Source: a virus
DNA length: 64,000 nucleotides
IMG/VR virus record: IMGVR_UViG_3300033143_004581
Coordinates: 3,131-67,130 of that record
Reading direction: 5' to 3' (one strand)
In this document: positions 47,280 to 57,279 of the stretch, piece by piece
Position numbering within the stretch: position 1 is the first letter of the stretch
Layout of the letters: each line of letters begins with the position of its first letter
Notes under the pieces: generated by a model
Told to the model about the DNA's origin: nothing
What the model saw: the letters and a program-made list of their open reading frames with translations, nothing else
The model's database searches: none
Program-made: the position numbers and the translations under genes

Positions 47280-48719
47280 ATGATAATAAGAAGAAACGAT
47301 TTTGGAAATATTGATGATTTGTCACAAAATTCCCACAAAAAAATATGGTTTACCTGTGAAAAATGCGGCATTGGTGTTCTTCAATCTTATAGAAACTATT
47401 TAAAACAAAAAAATGGTAAACTTTGTAGATATTGTAGAAATTCAATAACATCAAATAATTCAAGAAAAATAGTATCAGAAAAAATGAAGGAGAAATGGAA
47501 GAATGTAGAATATAAAAGAAAAATGAGTAAAAAATTATCAGACGCGTGTAAAAAATCATGGGAAAATGATAATGGTAAAAGAAGAAAAAATTTAATAAAA
47601 AACAATCCCATGTTTGATAAAAAAATATCTAAAAAAGTATCAGAATCAGAAGCAACATCAATAGAAGAATTAAAAAAATTATGTGAATATTATAATTATG
47701 AATTTATAGAAAGAATTTTAGGAAAACGTGGTGGTGTTGTTATAAAATTTAAATGTGATAAGGGACATATACAAGAAAAAAGACTAGATGTTTTCAAAAG
47801 AGGATCTTATGGTTGTTATGAATGTAATAAAAAATCATCAGTTGGTGAAAATGAAATATATAAGTTCTTAAAAGAAAATAATATAAAAGTAGATAAAAAT
47901 TCAAAATCAATAATATATCCATTTGAATTAGATATTGTAATACCAAATAAAAAAATAGCAATAGAATATTGTGGTTTATATTGGCATTCAGAAACAGTAA
48001 AAAGAGATAAAAATTATCATTTAAATAAATTAAATTTATGTAATGAAGCTGGATATAGGCTTATAACAATATTTGAAGATGAATGGAAAAATCATCAAAA
48101 TTTAATAAAAAATAAATTATTACATATACTTGGAAAATCAAACAGTGAAAAAATATATGCTAGAAAATGTGAAATAAAAGAAATTGAAACAAAAACAGCA
48201 AGAAATTTTTGTAATGAAAATCATATACAAGGATATAACAATTGTTCTATAAAATTGGGATTATATTATAATAAAGAATTGGTTTCTTTAATGACATTTT
48301 CAAAACCATCTTTATCAAAAGGATATAAAGGAAAAAACGAAAACATTTGGGAGCTCAATAGATATTGTACTAATAAAATAGTTATTGGTGGTGCTGGTAA
48401 GCTGTTAAATTATTTTTGTAATAATTATGAATGGAAAGAAATTTTTTCATTTGCTGATAAAAGATGGAGTGATGGGAATTTATATAATAAATTAGGATTT
48501 GAATTATTATATGAAACAAAACCAAATTATTTTTATTTCAATACAATTGATAACAAAAGATATCATAGATTTAATTTTAGAAAGGATAGATTACCAAAAA
48601 TATTAGAAAAATTCGACCCAAATCTAACAGAATATGAAAATATGATAGAAAACAATTATCATAGAATATGGGATTGTGGTAATTTTAAATTTGTTAAAAC
48701 AAAAGAACCAAGGCCATAA
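47280..48719 (+). CDS. Putative free-standing homing endonuclease, paralog of 41633-43306
   Basis: CEKCG/CRYC Zn motifs; ELDIVIPNKKIAIEYCGLYWHSE; FADKRWS; RIWDCG. Confidence 0.75.
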   Translation: MIIRRNDFGNIDDLSQNSHKKIWFTCEKCGIGVLQSYRNYLKQKNGKLCRYCRNSITSNNSRKIVSEKMKEKWKNVEYKRKMSKKLSDACKKSWENDNGKRRKNLIKNNPMFDKKISKKVSESEATSIEELKKLCEYYNYEFIERILGKRGGVVIKFKCDKGHIQEKRLDVFKRGSYGCYECNKKSSVGENEIYKFLKENNIKVDKNSKSIIYPFELDIVIPNKKIAIEYCGLYWHSETVKRDKNYHLNKLNLCNEAGYRLITIFEDEWKNHQNLIKNKLLHILGKSNSEKIYARKCEIKEIETKTARNFCNENHIQGYNNCSIKLGLYYNKELVSLMTFSKPSLSKGYKGKNENIWELNRYCTNKIVIGGAGKLLNYFCNNYEWKEIFSFADKRWSDGNLYNKLGFELLYETKPNYFYFNTIDNKRYHRFNFRKDRLPKILEKFDPNLTEYENMIENNYHRIWDCGNFKFVKTKEPRP

Positions 48720-48738
48720 AGACCTTGGTTCTCATTTT
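48700..48738. terminator. Bidirectional terminator after the major capsid gene
   Basis: AGAACCAAGG-9 nt-CCTTGGTTCT between convergent genes. Confidence 0.7.
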
Positions 48739-48755
48739 ACTTATTTTTGGTTCAA

Positions 48756-49943
48756 TTAGGGAAGATTGGTAACAGAGATCTTTTGATAATAATTCTTCGC
48801 ACCAAACAGGTGTGTATGAATAGCGTATCTACTCATAAGACCCATTGAAGGTTGGAAAGAATCTTCAAAAGTAGCTCTTGAAACCAATAATTGAATATAA
48901 GGTAGATAAATAACACCTGTATCATATTCAGACGCACCCTTATAACCAAGAATCATTTGATCATTGGCTTGGAATGTATCTCTATAAAGATTCATTCTTC
49001 CACCAAGACTACCGACTCTAGCAACACCAGTAACAGATGTATTAATATTACCCATTACAGGAGCGATAGTAAAGTCAGCCAATGTTTCCAAAACAGCAGA
49101 AACATTAGGATTAGCGATTACCCAATTAGCGGAACCACGTCTTGTATATGTAGCAATAACATTAGATCTACGAACCATATAATTATAAAGTTCACGATAA
49201 CGTTCAGCTTCCCATCTACCTCTATAAGAACCAGATGCTGAATAACTCCATGTATTTACATAACTTGTAGTACCATCATCGGTAAGAACCGATTCGATTC
49301 TTGCAACAAGTTCACGGTCAATTTCAGCTGTGATTTCGTAAGAAAGAATATCCATCAATTCTTCCTCAAGATTTAGACCATGCATAGCCTTCAAATCTTG
49401 AGCAATTTCAAGTGACCAACGGCTTCTTAACTTACGTGTCTTAGCTTCAACTTGAGCCTTTTCTATTGTTGTATTAACTTCATTAATAGCAGTACCATCA
49501 CCGATACCAAGACCAACATTTGTAGTTTCATCAGATCCCAAAGCCTCACCAGCTGATGTGACATGAGAACCAGTATATGAACTATCAATTGTATTGTATC
49601 CAAGTTCAACATTTGATGCACTGTTATATGTTTGACCAGCTCTAAAACGAAGAGCGAAAGCCAATCCAATAGGACCAGTCAAAGGTTGAACACCAACCAA
49701 ATCATGAGCAATTAATTCAGGGAATGTTCTACGAACCATAGGAACAGCAATCTTATGAAACATACCAGATGTAGCATAAGTTGACGCACCAAGGCTGTCA
49801 TTACCCATAGATGTAGCTTCCATTAAATAATTATGCTCATTTTCCAACATAAGAGCAGTTGTTTGTTTAATTTTTTCATTCTTAAAAGAAGATCCCTCAT
49901 TAAGGACTTCTTCCCACTTTTTTACTAAGTGTGATAAATTCAT
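48756..49943 (-). CDS. gp23: Major capsid protein
   Basis: VRRTFPELIAHDLVGVQPLTGP, AKTRKLRSRWSLEIAQDLKAMHG, EITAEIDRE, YLPYI, MSRYA. Confidence 0.96.
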   Translation of the reverse strand: MNLSHLVKKWEEVLNEGSSFKNEKIKQTTALMLENEHNYLMEATSMGNDSLGASTYATSGMFHKIAVPMVRRTFPELIAHDLVGVQPLTGPIGLAFALRFRAGQTYNSASNVELGYNTIDSSYTGSHVTSAGEALGSDETTNVGLGIGDGTAINEVNTTIEKAQVEAKTRKLRSRWSLEIAQDLKAMHGLNLEEELMDILSYEITAEIDRELVARIESVLTDDGTTSYVNTWSYSASGSYRGRWEAERYRELYNYMVRRSNVIATYTRRGSANWVIANPNVSAVLETLADFTIAPVMGNINTSVTGVARVGSLGGRMNLYRDTFQANDQMILGYKGASEYDTGVIYLPYIQLLVSRATFEDSFQPSMGLMSRYAIHTHLFGAKNYYQKISVTNLP

Positions 49944-49959
49944 TTATATTATCCTCCTA

Positions 49960-50709
49960 TTAAATTCTACTTTCTTTTAACACATTTACATAACTCTTTA
50001 AATGTGCCTTAAATGGGTTGTCTTTATCTTCTTCATTTAAATTATTTTCTGTTTCCAAGACACCCTTTCCTTCTTCTTCATTACCTTCTTCTTTCTTTTC
50101 TTCTTCTAACATACTCTTTGCACTTTCCAAAACAATATCAAATTTCTTATCAATTTCCTTCTTATCAACAACACCACCTAGAATATTAAAAACATATTCT
50201 TTTTGTGATTCTGTTAATCCATCTGTTTTCTTTCTCAAATAAAGCTCAGCTGACAATGCTTGATTATCTTCCTTTAATTCAAGAGTTTCATCAATTGTCT
50301 CATCGAGTTCTTTTTTGAGATTTAGAATTTCTTCCTTGGCTTCCTTTAACAATGATTTAACCTCATTATCTAACAATCCTTCATCAATAGATAAACGAAC
50401 CTTAAATTGTTCGATAAGATCATGATAAAGTTCACCCTTTCTGGCATATTCCAAAATATTATCTGGAATAACCATTTCTTCTTCAATTATAGAATCTACG
50501 AAATTCGAAAATTTTGAAGTGATTTCTTTCTTATAGTCCTCAAACTTTTCTTCATATTCTTCAATCAATCTTTCTTTTTCTTCTTTCAGAGAAGATTCCA
50601 AAAGTTCTTTAGACTTAACTTCTATAATTGAACTAAGCTTTTCTTTAATCTTAGATTGTTCTTCTTCATCTAATTTTTGTACTCCCAAAATTTCCAGAAG
50701 CTTATCCAT
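49960..50709 (-). CDS. gp22: Prohead core scaffold
   Basis: Acidic coiled coil between protease and capsid genes; GLTESQKE; AGGAGG before ATG 50709; late box 50745-52. Confidence 0.8.
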   Translation of the reverse strand: MDKLLEILGVQKLDEEEQSKIKEKLSSIIEVKSKELLESSLKEEKERLIEEYEEKFEDYKKEITSKFSNFVDSIIEEEMVIPDNILEYARKGELYHDLIEQFKVRLSIDEGLLDNEVKSLLKEAKEEILNLKKELDETIDETLELKEDNQALSAELYLRKKTDGLTESQKEYVFNILGGVVDKKEIDKKFDIVLESAKSMLEEEKKEEGNEEEGKGVLETENNLNEEDKDNPFKAHLKSYVNVLKESRI

Positions 50710-50784
50710 GTTATTAACTTCCTCCTTAAATAATTTTCTATTACTATTTATAAAAATTGTTAATTTTTTACAAAAATTAAACAA

Positions 50785-51372
50785 TTATAAACTTTTTTCT
50801 ATATTTTCAATAACTTGCCAAATTTGTTTTCTATGATATTCTTTCGCTTCTTCTATTGTTGGTTCTTTAGGAATATCGAATTCTCTACCTTCATATATAC
50901 CATTTACCCAAGAAGAGGGATTGCTTGGTTCGGAAACTAAATCATATGTTAAAAGATTAAAATCTTCATTAACAAAACCATCTTCATTAACGGTTCCCAA
51001 ACCTCTTGAAGATATTCCCAACCTACCTTCTTTTATAAGCTCTTTGGCTATTTTACCATTTGGTGTATCAAGAACCTTAGCTTTACCATAAACATCATTC
51101 CCTTTCCAATCCAATTCTAATGTTAAAATAGCAACTTTATCAAGATTAATATCCGGTGTTGATGGATGTGAAAGTTCACCAAAGCAACACTTCTTTGATA
51201 TTTTACTTTCATTTAATCTTGTAATTTCTCTTTCAAGTAATTCTTTTTTATACATTCTTTTATTATGATTCTGAACATCAGCACTAGAAAAAACTCCAAC
51301 AATATACATTGAACCGGTACCAGATTCTGATATTTCAAAATCATAAGACATTTCAGTAATTAATTTAGCCAT
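50785..51372 (-). CDS. gp21: Prohead protease
   Basis: NHNKRMY, GELSHP, VLDTPNGKI, GISSRGLG, DLVSEPS. Confidence 0.94.
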   Translation of the reverse strand: MAKLITEMSYDFEISESGTGSMYIVGVFSSADVQNHNKRMYKKELLEREITRLNESKISKKCCFGELSHPSTPDINLDKVAILTLELDWKGNDVYGKAKVLDTPNGKIAKELIKEGRLGISSRGLGTVNEDGFVNEDFNLLTYDLVSEPSNPSSWVNGIYEGREFDIPKEPTIEEAKEYHRKQIWQVIENIEKSL

Positions 51373-51383
51373 TTTTAGACTCC

Positions 51384-51581
51384 TTAATCTTCTTCTGTAT
51401 TTTCTTCTGAATCTTCTTCGGAATCAACATCACTTTCAATATCCTTTTCAAGACCCAGTTTATCTTTAAGAATTTTATTTCTTTGTTTTATAAATTCTTT
51501 CCTTATAATTTCCTTAGCATCAACATATTCTTCTTCTTCAAACTTATCCAAAGCATCCTTAATTTTGTCACTCATTTTCAA
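51384..51581 (-). CDS. Small acidic prohead core protein (gp67-like)
   Basis: Between portal and protease; acidic tail; late box at 51597-604. Confidence 0.55.
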   Translation of the reverse strand: MKMSDKIKDALDKFEEEEYVDAKEIIRKEFIKQRNKILKDKLGLEKDIESDVDSEEDSEENTEED

Positions 51582-51622
51582 AATCTCCTTTATATTTATT
51601 TATATTTTTTATATTTTTTTAA

Positions 51623-54049
51623 TTAATATTGGCTTTCTTCTTCTTTTATACCCAATTTCGTTTTATCATATTCCTTATATTTAACATTATCCATAATTTC
51701 ATCATCAGACCATTTCAAATACTTCTTCATCAAATAATACTTAGAAAATTCTTGCCTATCAGCCATTATCTGATAATTATTAAATCTTGTTTCAAGGAAC
51801 ATTTGATCCATTTGTTCCTTATAGTGTGATGGTCTATTTAAATACAATTCAAAACTGCTTTTACTTAAACCATATTGTTTCTTTAAGCCAGTAAATGCCA
51901 AATGTATTAAAAACGTATCTAATAAAGAATCAGAAAATTTAGATTGTTGTCTTTCAAGAAATTTTGCCCATTTTATTTCATCACGAGATATTTCAGATGT
52001 TTGACTACCACCAAAAACAATATCCGCCTCTCTTTTTTCTTGACCAGCAGTTACTCTTGAAAGAGGATATTTCAAAGCCCTGTAAAGTTTTCTTGAAAAA
52101 TAATATATATCTTCTAATTCAGAAAAACCGGCTGGATTACCACCTATAGAAGTAACATCAGAACCACGTCCATCAGCACTATTTTTAACAAAAACCCCAA
52201 CACTTAAAGCAAAATTATGATTTTCACCAGGATCTTCAATTGTCAAACAACCTGTATCTTCTTTTATATCCAATTTTTCAACATATAATACATTAATTTT
52301 TTCAAATTTCATGTATAATGGCATAAGAGATTGATTTGGTTTTAATTCATCAGCTCTACATTCAGAACCATCTCTTAAAACAAATTTATGATCTGGTGTA
52401 ACATCAACATATTCATTATTATCCAAATGAACTCTAACAATTTCAGCATTTTTTCTTGTAACACCAGCCCATTTAACTTTACCTCTTATAATTTTACCTG
52501 TTTTTTGATCAACGGAATAAACTTCATGTTTTTTACCTTCATTGTGTTCATCTATCAATTGTTTTAAAGAAATTTTTTCACCATCCAATAAATCAATGTA
52601 AGTATTTGAAATCCTTAGACATTGTGGAAGGTAGAAATTTTCAAGCATAGAATTTCTAATAAAAACAAGTGGTTGAGAATTTTGACTTACAGCAAAGTTA
52701 TGATTACCTTCTACTTCTATACATCCAGTATCATCTTTTTCTTGTAAATATTCAATTTTCGATACTTTTTTATCTATTCTTTTATATAATGGCATAAGAG
52801 ATTGATTTATTTCCAATTCATCTGCTCTGCGTTCAGAACCATCTCTTAAAATAAACTTATGATCATATGTTGTATCAATATAACTACCATTATCAAACCA
52901 TACTCTTATAAGTTTTTCATTTTTACGAGTAATTTTAGCATGCTTTATTTTACCAGGCTCTATATTTAATGTTTTTTGATTTATAGTATAAACCCAATTT
53001 TCTTTACCTTCATTATGCTCTTTTATAATTTCATCCAAAGTTAAATATCTGCCATCTAATAAAGGAATCTCAGTGTTTTTTCTTATACACATAATATCCG
53101 GTTCATTTGAAAGTGTTCCGGTAGTTGGGTTATATGTTTGTTTCTTTGTCATTTTTTGTTTAATTTTTTCAACAAACTTTAATGACTTATCTCTAGGCAT
53201 GTTACCTGTATCAATCTTAAAAACTAATCTTTCAGGTGCTCTAACTATTCTATAAATAACAACAGATGTTTCTAAAAGCTTTAATTGATTAAATGGTATT
53301 CTAGCCTTTTCAAGAAAACCTCTTACTTGATGAATTGTGTTTGAATAAACACCATAATTTATATAACCTATCTGGCTTGGATTAAATACAATCAAATTTC
53401 CCTTTTCTTGAAGTTTAATAGCTTCTTCATATGATGAAGGCTTTCTTGGCCTGTTTTTTAAATATTGAAAGAAATAAATTATTTTTCCTGTTTTTGGATC
53501 TGAAATAAAATCCATTGTTTCGGTTGGAAGTTTTTTAATACCAATAATACCCCTTTTGGGATTTTTTTCATCTATTATTCTTTCATAATAAACTTTTCCA
53601 TCTATCATATATGTATGAAACATATCCCAAAGAATATTTCTTAAATCTATTCTTTTTTCAAAAACTTCTACATATTCGTTATGTATGTTTTTTATTATAT
53701 TATCATTTTCAGTTAATTTTTTATCTATTATATCAAAATTTATAACTTTATTATCTGAATTCAATTGAATGGCTTCATTTGTAGCATCTTCTATAATATC
53801 TGAAATTTCAGATGTTTCTGCCATTCTTCTATATTCCATTAATCTATCAATTTCATTTGAATATGTTTTATTTATATAATTATTATAAAAAACATTAAAA
53901 GAAGATAATCCAACATTACCAAATCCCTCTATTGGTACATTAGCCGGAAGCCCCTCTCCTGTAGATTTTTCTTGACTAATAGAATCTTCTACTTTTTTAA
54001 AAGCATCTATATTTTCATTAATATTAAACAACTTATGATACCAAGCCAT
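51623..54049 (-). CDS. gp20: Portal protein with two mini-inteins
   Basis: YRRMA, NQLKLLE, IYRIVRAPERLVFKIDTGNMP, LYRALKYPLSR, ISRDEIKW; 515 aa after splicing. Confidence 0.95.
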   Translation of the reverse strand: MAWYHKLFNINENIDAFKKVEDSISQEKSTGEGLPANVPIEGFGNVGLSSFNVFYNNYINKTYSNEIDRLMEYRRMAETSEISDIIEDATNEAIQLNSDNKVINFDIIDKKLTENDNIIKNIHNEYVEVFEKRIDLRNILWDMFHTYMIDGKVYYERIIDEKNPKRGIIGIKKLPTETMDFISDPKTGKIIYFFQYLKNRPRKPSSYEEAIKLQEKGNLIVFNPSQIGYINYGVYSNTIHQVRGFLEKARIPFNQLKLLETSVVIYRIVRAPERLVFKIDTGNMPRDKSLKFVEKIKQKMTKKQTYNPTTGTLSNEPDIMCIRKNTEIPLLDGRYLTLDEIIKEHNEGKENWVYTINQKTLNIEPGKIKHAKITRKNEKLIRVWFDNGSYIDTTYDHKFILRDGSERRADELEINQSLMPLYKRIDKKVSKIEYLQEKDDTGCIEVEGNHNFAVSQNSQPLVFIRNSMLENFYLPQCLRISNTYIDLLDGEKISLKQLIDEHNEGKKHEVYSVDQKTGKIIRGKVKWAGVTRKNAEIVRVHLDNNEYVDVTPDHKFVLRDGSECRADELKPNQSLMPLYMKFEKINVLYVEKLDIKEDTGCLTIEDPGENHNFALSVGVFVKNSADGRGSDVTSIGGNPAGFSELEDIYYFSRKLYRALKYPLSRVTAGQEKREADIVFGGSQTSEISRDEIKWAKFLERQQSKFSDSLLDTFLIHLAFTGLKKQYGLSKSSFELYLNRPSHYKEQMDQMFLETRFNNYQIMADRQEFSKYYLMKKYLKWSDDEIMDNVKYKEYDKTKLGIKEEESQY
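52181..52621 (-). mobile_element. Portal mini-intein 2 (147 aa)
   Basis: LPQ|CLRISNTYIDLLDG...VTPDHKF...TGCLTI...HNFAL...FVKN|S. Confidence 0.9.
52652..53089 (-). mobile_element. Portal mini-intein 1 (146 aa)
   Basis: DIM|CIRKNTEIPLLDG...TTYDHKF...TGCIEV...HNFAV...FIRN|S. Confidence 0.9.
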
Positions 54050-54062
54050 TATTTAGCTCCTT

Positions 54063-54647
54063 TTAAAAATTATCAACTAAATCATCTCTAACTGAAAATG
54101 AAGGTACTAAAATAATTGTACCTCTATCTTTTTCAGTACCCCATGCAATTTCATAATTTGATTTATCAGAATTTGGCCTACCACCTATCCATTTATATAT
54201 AGCTCTTTCAGAATAAACACCAGTTTCTTCATTTCTTTTCATCATTGCTTCATAATCAATTAAAGCCTGTTCTATATAACCTATTTCTGATGTTTTACAT
54301 CCTATATAAAAACCAGGTTGGATTTTTTTAAAAGGTAAAGAAATAGATAAAAAGAAAGCAGGTAAAGTAATAAATCTAAAAACAAACCAATGATTTCCTG
54401 AATTCCAAGGATTTGTTGCTGGTTCTTGAACAAAATAATCCGTACTCCAAAACTCTTTCTTATAAAATTTTGGAATTGGTCTAGTAATTTTACCAATCAT
54501 AAAATCCAATTTTATTCCACCATATGCAGCAGCATGAACACTATCACTATATCTCGATGGTCTTATTTTAGGTTTATATTTACCAATATTAAAAAACCAA
54601 CCCTTTTCATCTCTTCCTAATTCTATTGATATACCTTTAGGAATCAT
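54063..54647 (-). CDS. Hypothetical protein
   Basis: 194-aa ORF, aromatic-rich, coupled to the upstream transferase. Confidence 0.55.
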   Translation of the reverse strand: MIPKGISIELGRDEKGWFFNIGKYKPKIRPSRYSDSVHAAAYGGIKLDFMIGKITRPIPKFYKKEFWSTDYFVQEPATNPWNSGNHWFVFRFITLPAFFLSISLPFKKIQPGFYIGCKTSEIGYIEQALIDYEAMMKRNEETGVYSERAIYKWIGGRPNSDKSNYEIAWGTEKDRGTIILVPSFSVRDDLVDNF

Positions 54648-57273
54648 TTAAAGCCTCCCTTACTTTATTCATAACCATGTCTGGTGTTATATTTTTAGTA
54701 CATTCAAAATCTTTATTCTCAGGACACCAAAACCAATTACCTCTATCAAATTCATGTTTTGGATTATTCATACATCCATGACAAACATTTTTATTTATCA
54801 CTCTATAAATATCACTTGGTTCGTTCCAATCCTGTGTACAACCAGAAATCATAACAACTGGTTTACCAAGAGCCCAAGCAATCCAAGCTAATCCAGAACT
54901 AACACCTATAAATAATCTACTTCTATATATGTTATTTATAGTTTCTTCTATTTTTCTATCAGTATTATTTATAATATTTTTTAAATTTGTTGGTTCTTTA
55001 CTGATAACCTTTACTTTATAACCAATATCATTTATTCTATTCACAAGCTCTTGCCAACCATTTTCATAATTCCAATATTTACACATAGCAGTAGAATGTT
55101 CTGATAATGTTATTATATCATTATCAAAATCATCTATTTCTGGTTTAACAAATTTTGGTCTTATCTCTTTAAATTCTAAACCAAGAATATCACTTGATAT
55201 TTTTTGAAGTGGTGTTGATTCCCAATGATTTTTGTTTCTTGTTAAATCATTATGCCAACATCCAATCCAATACATATCATATAAATTTTCAACAACACTA
55301 CCTGGATTAACAAAATTTAATTCTGGATAATTTTTTTGGAAAAATTGATTATGAAATGTAGAAACAAAAACATTACAGTTCCATTTTTTTCTAAATTCTT
55401 CTACATATGGAAACCAAGCTATTGTATCACCTATTGATTTACTATTCAAATGAATGTATACATTTTTACCAGCTGCGTTATACTTATATTCAGAAATAAT
55501 TGAATTATCATATGTATCAGTTATTCTTATATTCCATTCAGTAAACCATCTTCTGCTTGGAGAAGACCACATATTACCTTGTAATATAGATGAATGAACA
55601 GTATTACCATTATCTATAAATTCGACAAGGTATTTTTTATTATGATTTTTTGGCCATATACTAACTTTAGCATAATCAACAAATGTTACATCATAGTTAA
55701 AATCCTTAATTTTTTCATCATTTTTAAAAATAATTTTGTTATTATCATACATATCTTCGGTTGTTAGTAAATCATAAATTACTTTACCTTCATATAAAAT
55801 TTTAATGTTTTTATTAACTTTAAATTTCCCAAGATTCAATAGTTTTTCTGAATCATATTCATCAAATATATTATACTTATCATATACTATATTCAATAAA
55901 ATTCTTTTATTTTTTGGTTTTATATAAAGATACAAATTATCATCGTTTTGATTGATGACTGGATATATCTTAAATTGGTTTAAATCACCAAATCCGAATA
56001 CTGATGATGAATTAAAAGAATCTTGATTGTAATCAGATATTTTATAATTATCATCACAAATTTCTTTCAAATAATGAAAAAATACTCTTTCTAATTGATA
56101 TCCATTTGGTCTATTTGAATAATACTCATCTTTACTATTAACAGAATCAATTATTTTTAAAGCATCTTTAGTATATAATCCAAATAAAAACGTTGATACA
56201 TATCCCTTTTTATAAGAATCTTTTTCATATTCATACAAAACAGCTTTTGTTTCATCAAGCTCTTCTATAAAATTTTCACTAAATTTATATACATCATCAA
56301 TAACACAATCATATTCTATATAAAATATTCTGTCTTTTTTCAGATACTTAGCAAAATTAAAAGCATTCCTCCATGAACACCATATAGAATAATCATGATG
56401 ATATGGATATGTTATATCAATTTTATAATCTTCACTATTAAACCATAACTTACTGTTTATATTATATTTTTTATAATCTTTTTTCTCTAAAAGCTGATTA
56501 TCCTTATCATATAAATAATAATCAGCTTTATTTTGAATATATGAAGGAACTGGATAATGTGAAACAAGCATAATTTCACAACCAAATTGTTTAACTTTAT
56601 CAATACACTTGATTAACTCTTGCTCTTTTTCTTCTGTATCCGTCCATGTTCCTATGATAAAAATATCATTTTTTAGCTTAAAATAAGGTATCTTACTATA
56701 TTGAAATCTTTCAAAATCTTTCCTATAAACATCAAATACTTTATTAATTACATCTTGATTTTTATAATAAGAATCATAATAAATTTGATCAACAGGACCA
56801 GAATATTTTTTATCAACACTCCAATTAAATTTTATCCCAATTTTTTCACAAATGTTTTTGAAATCTTCTTTAAGATTTTCATATTTTCCTATATGGTTAA
56901 TAAGACGCCTATCACCATCAAAAACCCAATATGATTGGGGATAGAAATGATAGGAATTTTTATTATTAATATCAGCAAATTTTTCCAATCCACCATCTAA
57001 TACAAAATCATAAAAATATTTATATTTCAATATCATTTTTTGTAATAATAAATCATTTATATTACCATCACCACCATTTAAAATCCAATTATAAGCACTT
57101 ACAAGCCTATAATATGGATTTCTAACAAAACAAAAAGAATCAGATCTATAATTTTCAATAAGATCCATTTTTCTTTTGTTCGAATCATGTCCTATAATAT
57201 TGATATTATTACGATTTAAATTAGATGAAATGAAGGTGCTGGCTGTTTTTGGCATACTAAAAAAAACTATCAA
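54637..57273 (-). CDS. Multidomain sulfotransferase + GT-like + Aah/TibC-type (autotransporter heptosyltransferase-like) glycosyltransferase
   Basis: MPKTAST, FVRNPYYRLVSAY, HFYPQ (Sulfotransfer_2); SKSIGDTIAWFPYVEEF, FIGVSSGLAW, CHGCMN...WCP...ECTK. Confidence 0.8.
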   Translation of the reverse strand: MIVFFSMPKTASTFISSNLNRNNINIIGHDSNKRKMDLIENYRSDSFCFVRNPYYRLVSAYNWILNGGDGNINDLLLQKMILKYKYFYDFVLDGGLEKFADINNKNSYHFYPQSYWVFDGDRRLINHIGKYENLKEDFKNICEKIGIKFNWSVDKKYSGPVDQIYYDSYYKNQDVINKVFDVYRKDFERFQYSKIPYFKLKNDIFIIGTWTDTEEKEQELIKCIDKVKQFGCEIMLVSHYPVPSYIQNKADYYLYDKDNQLLEKKDYKKYNINSKLWFNSEDYKIDITYPYHHDYSIWCSWRNAFNFAKYLKKDRIFYIEYDCVIDDVYKFSENFIEELDETKAVLYEYEKDSYKKGYVSTFLFGLYTKDALKIIDSVNSKDEYYSNRPNGYQLERVFFHYLKEICDDNYKISDYNQDSFNSSSVFGFGDLNQFKIYPVINQNDDNLYLYIKPKNKRILLNIVYDKYNIFDEYDSEKLLNLGKFKVNKNIKILYEGKVIYDLLTTEDMYDNNKIIFKNDEKIKDFNYDVTFVDYAKVSIWPKNHNKKYLVEFIDNGNTVHSSILQGNMWSSPSRRWFTEWNIRITDTYDNSIISEYKYNAAGKNVYIHLNSKSIGDTIAWFPYVEEFRKKWNCNVFVSTFHNQFFQKNYPELNFVNPGSVVENLYDMYWIGCWHNDLTRNKNHWESTPLQKISSDILGLEFKEIRPKFVKPEIDDFDNDIITLSEHSTAMCKYWNYENGWQELVNRINDIGYKVKVISKEPTNLKNIINNTDRKIEETINNIYRSRLFIGVSSGLAWIAWALGKPVVMISGCTQDWNEPSDIYRVINKNVCHGCMNNPKHEFDRGNWFWCPENKDFECTKNITPDMVMNKVREALNDS

Positions 57274-57279
57274 AATAAA

